Assembly: GCA_025449535.1 (NCBI GenBank)
Contig: JANWJF010000001.1
Location: forward strand, 613,136-677,135
From: Candidatus Saccharimonadia bacterium
Lineage (GTDB): Bacteria > Patescibacteriota > SICC01
DNA length: 64,000 nucleotides
Direction of reading: 5' to 3'
Part shown: positions 18,818 to 26,953 of the stretch, piece by piece
How positions within the stretch are numbered: the stretch's first letter is position 1
Layout: every line of letters begins with the position of its first letter
Position numbers and translations under genes: made by a program
Notes under the pieces: model-generated
What the model saw: only the letters and a program-made list of their open reading frames with translations
Databases searched by the model: none
Told to the model about the DNA's origin: nothing

Positions 18818-19261
18818 ATGCACCACGGTTCGCTCAACCGGACGGCCTTCTCGGCGACCGCGCACTGCTTGACCGGCTGTGCGATCGGCGAGGTGGTCGG
18901 CCTGATCCTGGCGACGGCGTGGGATTGGGGCGACGTAGCCTCTATCGTCCTGGCGATCGCGCTGGCGTTCCTGTTCGGCTACTCGCTCACGATGCTGCCG
19001 CTGCTGCGCGGCGGGTTGGCGCTGGGCACCGCCGTGGGAGTCGCCCTGGCGGCCGATACGGCGTCCATCGCGGTCATGGAGATCACCGACAACGCGGTCC
19101 TGCTGCTGATTCCAGGGGCGATGGACGCGGGACTCTCGGACGCACTCTTCTGGGCGTCGCTGGCCTTCGCGCTGGCCGTGGCGTTCGCGGCTGCGTTCCC
19201 CTTGAACCGCTATCTGATCGCCCGGGGGCGCGGGCACGCCGTGGCGCACGAATATCACTGA
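18818..19261 (+). CDS. DUF4396 family membrane protein
   Basis: TAHCLTGCAIGE, ADT.SI.VME, FPLNRYLI.RG.GHA. Confidence 0.85.
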   Translation: MHHGSLNRTAFSATAHCLTGCAIGEVVGLILATAWDWGDVASIVLAIALAFLFGYSLTMLPLLRGGLALGTAVGVALAADTASIAVMEITDNAVLLLIPGAMDAGLSDALFWASLAFALAVAFAAAFPLNRYLIARGRGHAVAHEYH

Positions 19262-19326
19262 TTTCCGCCGCTCATGCGTGATTTATGCCTGTAGGCAGGG
19301 ATTTTTGTCTGTTTTTTGACGGAAAT

Positions 19327-19354
19327 TTGACAGTTTTCCGGAAGTCCGTATACT
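19327..19354 (+). promoter_or_regulatory. sigma70 promoter
   Basis: TTGACA-N16-TATACT, with a second TTGAC 11 bp upstream. Confidence 0.6.
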
Positions 19355-19395
19355 CAGGCTCGTTGTATTCATAAACCAGGAATTTCCCCAAAGCT

Positions 19396-19929
19396 ATGAG
19401 AAAAAAGAGCTCCGGCTTTTTATTTTTGTCCAAATTCTGGCTGACCGTCGGCGTGATCGTGCTGGCCGTGTTGAGCCTGGGAGCCTCCCAGCCGCCGTCA
19501 CGCGTCGCAGGTGGCGAGCTGCCGGAAGAGGTAGCCAAGGTAGCCCAGGGACGTCCCTACGCCCTGACGGCCACGCCCGAACCGCTGAAGGCCAAGCCGA
19601 AGCCCAAGCCGGCCGCCAAGCAGCAGATCGCGTCCATGCCGGTCCCGAAGCCCGTGCCGCGGCCGGAATTGGTCGGGACGGTCGGGTACGCGGTGGCCGG
19701 GGGGAACTGCGTGAACGAGCCGGGCGTGAACAACCCCGGGTATGGTAATCCGTCCGATTGGCCGGTGACTTCGCAGGAGCCGACGGTCGGCGCCACGGCG
19801 GTGTTCACCTGGAACCACGTCGGCGTGGTGACGGGCATCTGGGCGAACGGGGACGTCGAAGTGCGGCACCAGAACTTCTGGGGCGGGCAGCATCGGTTCC
19901 CTCGGTCGACGTTCCGCGGCTTCAGGTAA
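19396..19929 (+). CDS. Membrane-anchored protein with minimal CHAP-like domain
   Basis: N-terminal TM, Pro/Lys linker, NCV...GNP..W...P.VG...HVGVV...V.HQN (Cys/His dyad). Confidence 0.7.
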   Translation: MRKKSSGFLFLSKFWLTVGVIVLAVLSLGASQPPSRVAGGELPEEVAKVAQGRPYALTATPEPLKAKPKPKPAAKQQIASMPVPKPVPRPELVGTVGYAVAGGNCVNEPGVNNPGYGNPSDWPVTSQEPTVGATAVFTWNHVGVVTGIWANGDVEVRHQNFWGGQHRFPRSTFRGFR

Positions 19930-19935
19930 CTGACT

Positions 19936-21144
19936 TTAGTCCGCGGCGACTTCCCGCTGCAGCTTAAGGTCCTGGCCGAAGGCGATCGCGTCGTTGGCTT
20001 CGGACTCGCTGCCGAGCATCCCGGCGGGAATCACCGAGAACTCGCCCCAGCGGTCGTTGGCACGGTCGACGCTCCGCGACAGGGCGCCGCGGCGCCGGTC
20101 GGGCTCGAAGAGCGAGGGTTGCTCCGGATCCGCCCGGCGCAACGCGTACGTCTTCACGGCGATCTTGCGGAGCGGCCGGTCGGGAGGCTGGTCCCGAAGC
20201 AGCTTCCAGGCCTGGCCGAAGATGTCATGGTGGCGGTCGGTCGGGCTGAGCCGCGTCGCGTGACCCCACTGGCCCCACTCCCGCGTCGGGCCGGAGATCG
20301 TCAGGGCGCCGGCCTGCCAGCCGTCCCGTCGCAGCCGCCGGGCAATCCGATGGCAGAGCTTGTGAAGCAACGGCTTCAGCTGGGCCGGGTCTGACGTATG
20401 GCGCGGCAGCACGGAGGAGTGGCCGAGCGACTTCGTCCCCCAGTCCTCGCGGTCGATCGAGTAGCCGTGCAGCCGGAGGTGCCAGTAGTACCCGACGATG
20501 CCGAGGCGCCGCTTCAGCTCCCAAGGCGGCAGGTCGTAGAGGTCGAGCGGGCCGGCGATCCCGACCAGCTGCATCCGGGCCGCCATCCGTCCGGCGATGC
20601 CGCAGAGGTCGGTCAGGTCCAGTTCGGACAACACCTGCCGGACGTTGCCGCGGTGGATCTCGAAGAGGCCGTCGGGCTTGCGGAAGTCGGAGGCCGTCTT
20701 CGCCAGCAGCCAGTTCGGACCGATCCCGACGGAGGAGCCGAGCCACTCGCCGACCTCGTCCCGGATACGCCGTTTGATCTCGGCCGCGATCCCCGCGGCC
20801 CGCTCCGATTCTGCCGGTTCCAGCCAAAGCGCGATCTCGTCCACGGAGCGCGGCTTGAGCTCGCCGCGGTACCCTGACATGATCTTCCGGAACCGCCGGT
20901 GGACCACCCGGTACTTCTCGGGCGTCGGCGGCAGGATCGTGATGTCCGGGATGCGGTGCCGGGCGTCCGCGACCTTGGTGCCGGTCCTCACGCCGTACCG
21001 CTTGGCCTCGACGGAAGCGGCCACGATCGTCCCGCCCGGCGAATCGACCGGGGCGATGCCCACGGCCCTGCCGCGCAGCGACGGCTTGGCCTGCTGCTCG
21101 ACCGTCGCGAAGAAGGAGTCCATGTCCAGATGGAGGACCTTCAT
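19936..21144 (-). CDS. dinB: Y-family DNA polymerase (DinB/YqjH-like)
   Basis: HLDMDSFFA.VEQ, S.EAK.YGV.TG, SVDE, SVGIGPN.LLAK.ASD..KPDG; QPSLF clamp motif; RecA-NT-like C-terminal tail. Confidence 0.92.
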   Translation of the reverse strand: MKVLHLDMDSFFATVEQQAKPSLRGRAVGIAPVDSPGGTIVAASVEAKRYGVRTGTKVADARHRIPDITILPPTPEKYRVVHRRFRKIMSGYRGELKPRSVDEIALWLEPAESERAAGIAAEIKRRIRDEVGEWLGSSVGIGPNWLLAKTASDFRKPDGLFEIHRGNVRQVLSELDLTDLCGIAGRMAARMQLVGIAGPLDLYDLPPWELKRRLGIVGYYWHLRLHGYSIDREDWGTKSLGHSSVLPRHTSDPAQLKPLLHKLCHRIARRLRRDGWQAGALTISGPTREWGQWGHATRLSPTDRHHDIFGQAWKLLRDQPPDRPLRKIAVKTYALRRADPEQPSLFEPDRRRGALSRSVDRANDRWGEFSVIPAGMLGSESEANDAIAFGQDLKLQREVAAD

Positions 21145-21145
21145 C

Positions 21146-21400
21146 TCAGCTCCCCGCGAAAGCGACCTCCTCGAGCGTCCAGGAGAGGTCGTTCCGGGAG
21201 TACCGCAGGACGCATTCGCCAGCGTCCGTGGTCACGGAGTAGAAGTGGAGCCGGTCGCCGCCTTCCGCCTTCTCGTGGTGGAGGTTCAGCTTCTGGACCC
21301 AGTAGCGGCGTCCGTGCCAGCGCAGCAGCACGGGCAGGACCTTGCCGCCCTCGAACTTGGCCAGCACGGACACACGCTCTCGTAGTTCGGTGGAACCCAT
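21146..21400 (-). CDS. Small 84-aa protein resembling a stand-alone ImuB C-terminal (DUF6504-like) domain
   Basis: ATG 21400: MGSTELRERV...P..LRWHGRRY.V...FYSV...G...L.Y.....W.LEEV; stop 1 nt before the dinB ATG. Confidence 0.7.
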   Translation of the reverse strand: MGSTELRERVSVLAKFEGGKVLPVLLRWHGRRYWVQKLNLHHEKAEGGDRLHFYSVTTDAGECVLRYSRNDLSWTLEEVAFAGS

Positions 21401-21406
21401 GAGGAG

Positions 21407-21426
21407 TAGTATACAAAAGTATACTA
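21407..21426. promoter_or_regulatory. Palindromic operator overlapping the -10 of the PolY operon
   Basis: Perfect TAGTATAC-AAAA-GTATACTA; minus strand TATACT lies 7 nt before ATG 21400. Confidence 0.65.
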
Positions 21427-21539
21427 ACACATTAAAAAGCACCATAGCCAAAGGAAAGTTTTTACGGTATGGTGACCGGCCATCGCAGTATGGGTGGCAC
21501 ATTCGCACCGACGGACAACCAGGAAAGGAGACACCAACG

Positions 21540-21986
21540 ATGACCGCCGAGACGGACATCGCCAGCCTCGCGCGATGGGGCAAGGTGCTCGGGCATGAGA
21601 CCCGGGTGGAAATCCTGATCAAACTGATCGAGGAAGAAGACCGCGTCGAACGCTTCGCAATGGAGCAATACGCCGCGAAAGGCAAGCCGAAGTCCAAGCG
21701 CGAACAGGAGGAACGCGTATTTGGGGGACTAAGCCCCTCCAAGCTGTCCAAACTGGTCGGTCCTGGTCTGGAAAAGCGGCGGAGAAAGCCCGCCAAGAAG
21801 AAGACCAAGGAAAAAGACCCGAACCTCAGTAGCGCGAGCTACCACGTCAGGGAGCTCATCGAAACGTTCAAAGTCCTCGAGTTCGTCAGAACGAAGCAGT
21901 GTCGCGGAGCCATGGAGCACTTCTATAGGATCCGCCCGGAGGCGAAGGAGACGCTTCGCAAGATCCTCGCTCTCGAACTCGGTTAA
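21540..21986 (+). CDS. ArsR-like winged-HTH protein with basic insertions
   Basis: AAGGAG RBS; KVLGHETRVEIL, SPSKLS, SYHVREL, RGAMEHFYR. Confidence 0.7.
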   Translation: MTAETDIASLARWGKVLGHETRVEILIKLIEEEDRVERFAMEQYAAKGKPKSKREQEERVFGGLSPSKLSKLVGPGLEKRRRKPAKKKTKEKDPNLSSASYHVRELIETFKVLEFVRTKQCRGAMEHFYRIRPEAKETLRKILALELG

Positions 21987-22104
21987 CTCGTGGGAGCGCC
22001 ACGTCCCACATGCGCGCCCGGCGAGATCGCTCCGTCACCTGACGGAGCCGAACTTGCCGGGCGCGAAGCGTATCTGGAACTATACTTCGGGTTACAATGG
22101 CTCC

Positions 22105-23253
22105 GTGCCGAAAAAGAACTTATCCGGGAAAAGACGCTGGATCCCGTACCTCACCGCGGGACTCTTGGTATTCGTGGTCGGGTTCTACTCCGGCGCCGTC
22201 GTCTCCGGCGGCTACGAGTTGGGCGGCCGTGGCCAAGCCGCGGACTACTCCGAGTTCTTCAAGACCAAGCGCCTGATCGAGCAGCGCTATCCGGACAAGG
22301 TCAGCACGCAGGACCTCGTCGACGGGGCCACCAACGGCCTGGTCGACGGGCTCGGCGACCCGTACAGCGACTATCTGACGAAGCGCGAGGCCAAGGAACT
22401 GGACGAGTCGCTTTCCGGGGAAGTCGAAGGCATCGGGGTGGAGATCGGCGTCCGGGACGACCGGATCGTCGTGATCTCACCGCTGCCCGAATCGCCGGCC
22501 GCCCGGGCCGGGGTCAAGGCAGGCGACCGGATCCTGGCGGTCGGCGACAAGCCGATCCAGGGACTGAGCGTCGACGAGACCGCGGACCTGATCCGCGGCA
22601 AGGCCGGCAGTAAGGTGACGGTCACCTTCCAGGCGCCGGGCGAGGAGCCGCGGCCGCTTGCGATGACCCGGGCCAAGGTCAAGGCGCCGTCGGTCGAGCT
22701 TGTCTTTCGCGGCCGGACCGCGATCCTGACCGTCTCGCGCTTCGGTGACGGGACCGTCGAGGAGCTGGACCGTGCCGCCGACGAGATCCTGCGACGCAAG
22801 GCCGACGGCATCGTGCTGGACCTCCGGAGCAACCCGGGCGGCTTCCTCGAGGGCGCCGTGGACGCCAGCTCGCTGTTCCTGAAGGAAGGTGTGGTGGTGA
22901 AGGAACGCCTCAAGGACAAGACCGAGGAACGTTCCGTGAGCGATGACGGCCGCCTGGCGGACCTGTCGGTGGTGGCGCTCGTGAACCAGGGCACCGCCTC
23001 GGCCGCGGAGATCCTGGCGGGAGCGCTCCGCGACGACCGCGACGTGAAGCTCGTGGGTGAGAAGACCTTCGGCAAGGGATCCGTCCAGGATCTGATCGAT
23101 CTCGGCGGGGGTGCCGTGCTCAAGTTGACGATCGCGGAGTGGCTGACGCCGACCGGCCAGTCGCTATCCAAGGGGGGACTGAAACCCGACATCGTCGTTT
23201 CCTCGAAGGATCCGACGGCTCAGCTGGAGCGGGCGATTGAGTCGCTGCGGTAG
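22105..23253 (+). CDS. ctpA: C-terminal processing protease (S41A, PDZ)
   Basis: DPYS, GIGVEI, SPA.RAG, LDLRSNPGG, TASAAEI, TFGKGSVQ; GTG start 6 nt after TACAAT. Confidence 0.92.
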   Translation: MPKKNLSGKRRWIPYLTAGLLVFVVGFYSGAVVSGGYELGGRGQAADYSEFFKTKRLIEQRYPDKVSTQDLVDGATNGLVDGLGDPYSDYLTKREAKELDESLSGEVEGIGVEIGVRDDRIVVISPLPESPAARAGVKAGDRILAVGDKPIQGLSVDETADLIRGKAGSKVTVTFQAPGEEPRPLAMTRAKVKAPSVELVFRGRTAILTVSRFGDGTVEELDRAADEILRRKADGIVLDLRSNPGGFLEGAVDASSLFLKEGVVVKERLKDKTEERSVSDDGRLADLSVVALVNQGTASAAEILAGALRDDRDVKLVGEKTFGKGSVQDLIDLGGGAVLKLTIAEWLTPTGQSLSKGGLKPDIVVSSKDPTAQLERAIESLR

Positions 23254-24303
23254 TTACCGTACCCGCTCGAAGAAGAGGTTCACCAAACCGGCGCTGTAGC
23301 GTTGGACTTGCTCGAGCAGATACGCGGACTCCTCCCGGCAATCCTCCGGGAAGTTCGTGACATCACAGCGGTACGCCGACTGGGGAATGGCCGAAGTTGG
23401 CTGGTGGTAGGTGGTGTACGGGTAGGCTGTCGCCGCCATGCCGTAGGTGAAGCCATGCGCATCCTGTGCCAGCCGCACCCCGTTGATGCTTGCCGGGAGC
23501 TGATATAGTCCGTCACTGGTCACCCGGTGTTCGTCCTTGTGTGCGTTACTCCATGCCGGGAACACGTCCTGGCCCTGGACCACTGTTCCGCGCGGGTTCC
23601 GTACCTGGATGGAACTGATCTTCAGTTCCGGATGGGCATGGGAAGGGACGGCAGCGTCCTGCATGGCGTGGAGGGAGATACCGAGGTTGTACATTGCATC
23701 GCCGGAACGTTGCTGCTTCCAGCTCCGTATCGCCCGATTGAAGAACTCCTGAGCCATGAACGCCGACTTGGTCCTGATTCGCGGGGCTCTGGCGCAGGAT
23801 CCGGTCGTCCTGCCTCTGCTGGCAGCGTGCCCGTATCCTTGCCAGCCGGTCCGGGGCTGCTGATAGTACGACCAGACGCCGAAATGGCGGTACGGATTGC
23901 TCATGTGATCGCCGATTGGCCAACCTATCGAGCGTCCATGGGCAGTGCACCCATTCAGTTTGGTATCTGCCGCGACGACACCGTCGCGGAGTGCCTTGAG
24001 CCGGTCGCTGCCGTATCCGTGTCCCGCAAGGACCCTGTTGTGCAACTGGTTTTTTGTTCCCGTCTTGCCGTCGCTGGTTAGGATGGCCGGCACCTGATCC
24101 GTTATCCAACTGTGCGTTCCCGGAGCAAGGTAAGGGTTCGCTTTGCAGTCTGCCGGTAGGGTGTATAGTCCCGTATCGGCGCTGTAGGAGTAGCCAGCAC
24201 AGGCGTAGAGGTAGTGATTCGGGGACACCTCGGCTTTGCCAGGATCCGGAAACAGGAAGGCGAGTCCCGCCAAAGCCACGATTATGAGTAACAACTTTTG
24301 CAT
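23254..24303 (-). CDS. Secreted zinc-dependent phospholipase C / P1-nuclease-fold protein
   Basis: Signal peptide; THSWI, G...AD, DH, LG..LHAMQD..VPSH motifs; TTGACA-N17-TATAGT promoter upstream. Confidence 0.7.
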   Translation of the reverse strand: MQKLLLIIVALAGLAFLFPDPGKAEVSPNHYLYACAGYSYSADTGLYTLPADCKANPYLAPGTHSWITDQVPAILTSDGKTGTKNQLHNRVLAGHGYGSDRLKALRDGVVAADTKLNGCTAHGRSIGWPIGDHMSNPYRHFGVWSYYQQPRTGWQGYGHAASRGRTTGSCARAPRIRTKSAFMAQEFFNRAIRSWKQQRSGDAMYNLGISLHAMQDAAVPSHAHPELKISSIQVRNPRGTVVQGQDVFPAWSNAHKDEHRVTSDGLYQLPASINGVRLAQDAHGFTYGMAATAYPYTTYHQPTSAIPQSAYRCDVTNFPEDCREESAYLLEQVQRYSAGLVNLFFERVR

Positions 24304-24401
24304 AAAAATCGCTCAACTATAGCATATTTTAGTGTTTTTGTCAATCCTCATACTCCTAGCGCAACTGGTTCGGGACGCTCCGAACCGGTAGAATGGGTCC
24401 T

Positions 24402-24938
24402 ATGAGACGCAGCCACCGGCACGTTCCGGTCATCTTGGATAAGGACGTCGAGGGCACCGGCTTCGCCGGCGAGCTCACGGACGTCCGGGCCGGCTTCGCC
24501 CGGAACTTCTTGATTCCCCGCGGCCTGGCCAAGGCCGCCACACCGAAGCTTAAGGAGCAGCGAGAGAAGGACATCGAGGCCGCGGCCGCGCGTCGGGACA
24601 AGGAGACCGCGGCGCGGGAGGAACTCGCCGCCCAGCTGCAGGCGGAGCCGATCGGACTGGCGCTCAAGGTCGGCCCGGGCGGCCAGGTGTTCGGCTCCGT
24701 CACCGCGACCGAGTTCGCCAAGGCGGTGAAGGCCCAACGCAAGCTCGACGTCGATCCCAAGCAACTGCACGGCGTGCCGATCTCCTCAATCGGGCCGGCC
24801 CAGGTCTCTGCTAGACTGGGACTGGGCGTGTCAGCGCTGATTCCGGCCGTCGTGAAAGGGACCAAGGTCGCCAAGGCCGGAGCGGAGCGGACCAAGGCCG
24901 CGACCGCCCCATCCGAGAAAGAACCCGCCGAAGCCTGA
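24402..24938 (+). CDS. rplI: 50S ribosomal protein L9
   Basis: VIL.KDV.G.G..GE..DV..GFARNFLIPRGLA, FGSVT. Confidence 0.93.
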   Translation: MRRSHRHVPVILDKDVEGTGFAGELTDVRAGFARNFLIPRGLAKAATPKLKEQREKDIEAAAARRDKETAAREELAAQLQAEPIGLALKVGPGGQVFGSVTATEFAKAVKAQRKLDVDPKQLHGVPISSIGPAQVSARLGLGVSALIPAVVKGTKVAKAGAERTKAATAPSEKEPAEA

Positions 24939-26599
24939 TGCCACCACGCCAGACCAAATACATCTTCGTCACTGGCGGGGTAGTGTCTTCGTTGGGCAAG
25001 GGCGTCACCACGGCCGCGTTGGGCCGCCTGCTCAAGGGGCGCGGCGTGAAGGTCAGCATCGTCAAGATCGACCCGTACATAAACGTCGACCCGGGAACGA
25101 TGAACCCGTACGAGCACGGCGAGGTGTTCGTGACGGCCGATGGCGCGGAGACGGACCAGGACCTCGGTCATTACGAACGGTTCATCGACGAGGAGCTGGT
25201 CCGCGAGTCGAACTTCACGACCGGCCAGGTCTACCAGACGTTGATCGAGCGTGAGCGCAAGGGCGACTTCCTCGGCAAGACGGTCGAGGAGGTCCCGCAT
25301 GTCACCGACGAGATTATTCGCCGGGTCGAAGCGGCGGCCGAGAAGACCAAGGCGGAGGTCCTACTGGTCGAGCTCGGTTCGACGATTGGCGACATCAAGG
25401 GTATGGCCTTCCTGGAGGCGTTCCGGCAGCTTCGGAACCGGGTCGGCCGCCACAAGACGATGTCGGTGCACGTCTCGCTGCTGCCGCACCTCGGCACCAC
25501 CGGCGAGCTGAAGACCCGGCCGGCCCAGTACAGCGTCAAGGAGCTCCGCAGCTACGGGCTGCCGACGCACATCCTGGTCGCCCGGGCGGACAGGCCGATC
25601 TCTGACGAGGTCCTCGACAAATTGGCCGCCACCTGCGACGTGGACCGCCAGGCCGTAGTGCCGATGATGACCACCAAGAACATCTACGATGTGCCGGTAC
25701 GGCTGGAGTCGATTGGCCTTTGGAAGGTGATCCAGGAGCGGTTGGAACTTCCGGAGCGGGATTCCGATCTCCGGGAATGGGCGAAGATGGTAGACCGGAT
25801 CGAACGGCTGAAGCATGAGGACGACCTGGAGGTCGCGATCGTCGGCAAGTACGTGGAACTCAACGACGCATATATCTCGGTATCCGAGGCGGTGAAGGCC
25901 GCCGCCCTGGCGGAGGACCGCGGCGTGAAGATCCGTTGGGTCAACGCGGAGGCGGTAGAGAAGGAAGGCCCGCGCCTGCTGGACGGCGTGGACGCCGTGG
26001 TGGTGCCCGGCGGATTCGGGGACCGTGGCGTGGAGGGCAAGGTCATGACCGCGACCTGGTGTCGCGAGAACAAGGTGCCGTACCTCGGGCTCTGTCTCGG
26101 CATGCAGGTCTTGACGATCGAGTTCGCCCGGCATGTGCTCGGTGACGACAAGGCCCACTCTGAGGAATTCGACTCGTCCACGAAGCACCCGGTGATTCAC
26201 CTGATGGAAGCCCAGCAGTCCGTCTATACCAAGGGCGGCACGATGCGGCTCGGCGACTTCCCGTGCAAGCTGACGGACGGGTCGCTGGCCCGGACAGCCT
26301 ACGGCACAGGGGAGGTCACCGAACGGCATCGGCACCGCTACGAGTTCAACAACGAATACCGGGAACAGCTGGCGCAGGCCGGTTTGCGCATCGCCGGCAC
26401 GACGCCGGACGACGTCCTGGTCGAGATCGTCGAGCTCAAGGACCACCCCTACATGGTGGGCTCGCAGTTCCATCCGGAGTTCAAGTCGCGCCCGGACCGG
26501 GCGCATCCGCTGTTCTCGGAATTGGTGAAGGCGGTCGTCGGCCGGAAGGCGGCCACGAATGAAGCTACGTCGCGAACCGGCTCAGCGCGGAACGGTTGA
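24938..26599 (+). CDS. pyrG: CTP synthase
   Basis: TGGVVSSLGKG, DPYINVDPGTMNPYEHGEVFV, PGGFG, GLCLGMQ, RHRHRYE, QFHPEF. Confidence 0.98.
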   Translation: MPPRQTKYIFVTGGVVSSLGKGVTTAALGRLLKGRGVKVSIVKIDPYINVDPGTMNPYEHGEVFVTADGAETDQDLGHYERFIDEELVRESNFTTGQVYQTLIERERKGDFLGKTVEEVPHVTDEIIRRVEAAAEKTKAEVLLVELGSTIGDIKGMAFLEAFRQLRNRVGRHKTMSVHVSLLPHLGTTGELKTRPAQYSVKELRSYGLPTHILVARADRPISDEVLDKLAATCDVDRQAVVPMMTTKNIYDVPVRLESIGLWKVIQERLELPERDSDLREWAKMVDRIERLKHEDDLEVAIVGKYVELNDAYISVSEAVKAAALAEDRGVKIRWVNAEAVEKEGPRLLDGVDAVVVPGGFGDRGVEGKVMTATWCRENKVPYLGLCLGMQVLTIEFARHVLGDDKAHSEEFDSSTKHPVIHLMEAQQSVYTKGGTMRLGDFPCKLTDGSLARTAYGTGEVTERHRHRYEFNNEYREQLAQAGLRIAGTTPDDVLVEIVELKDHPYMVGSQFHPEFKSRPDRAHPLFSELVKAVVGRKAATNEATSRTGSARNG

Positions 26600-26674
26600 C
26601 CGCTTCCAGCGGGACCGTTCCCACACGGAGCGTTTTCTGGTGGAGATAGCGACCGTACGGATCTTGCCTATCGC

Positions 26675-26953
26675 CTACGCCGCGACGACCGAAACGATCG
26701 TCTTGCGGACCCGGCTGCCGCTGAAGCGCGTCTTCTGCCGCTTCTCGTACTTCACGGTGCCGGTAGCGGTGGCAAAGAGAGTATCGTCCTTGCCCTTGCC
26801 GACGTTGTTGCCGGGTTCCATCCAGCGTCCGCGTTGGCGGACCAGGACGCTGCCGGCGTGGACCTGCTGCCCGTCGCCGACCTTAACCCCGAGCCGCTGG
26901 CCCGCGGAGTCGCGCCCAAGCTTTGTAGTACCGCCTGCCTTAGTATGTGCCAT
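26675..26953 (-). CDS. rpmA: 50S ribosomal protein L27
   Basis: [39 protein letters not shown]. Confidence 0.97.
   Translation of the reverse strand: MAHTKAGGTTKLGRDSAGQRLGVKVGDGQQVHAGSVLVRQRGRWMEPGNNVGKGKDDTLFATATGTVKYEKRQKTRFSGSRVRKTIVSVVAA

Noticed and set aside
21146-21986. Long versions of the overlapping ORFs 21146-21808 (-) and 21342-21986 (+)
   Set aside because: The N-terminal extensions cross an AT-rich promoter region; starts at 21400 (-) and 21540 (+) have -10/SD support and remove the overlap.
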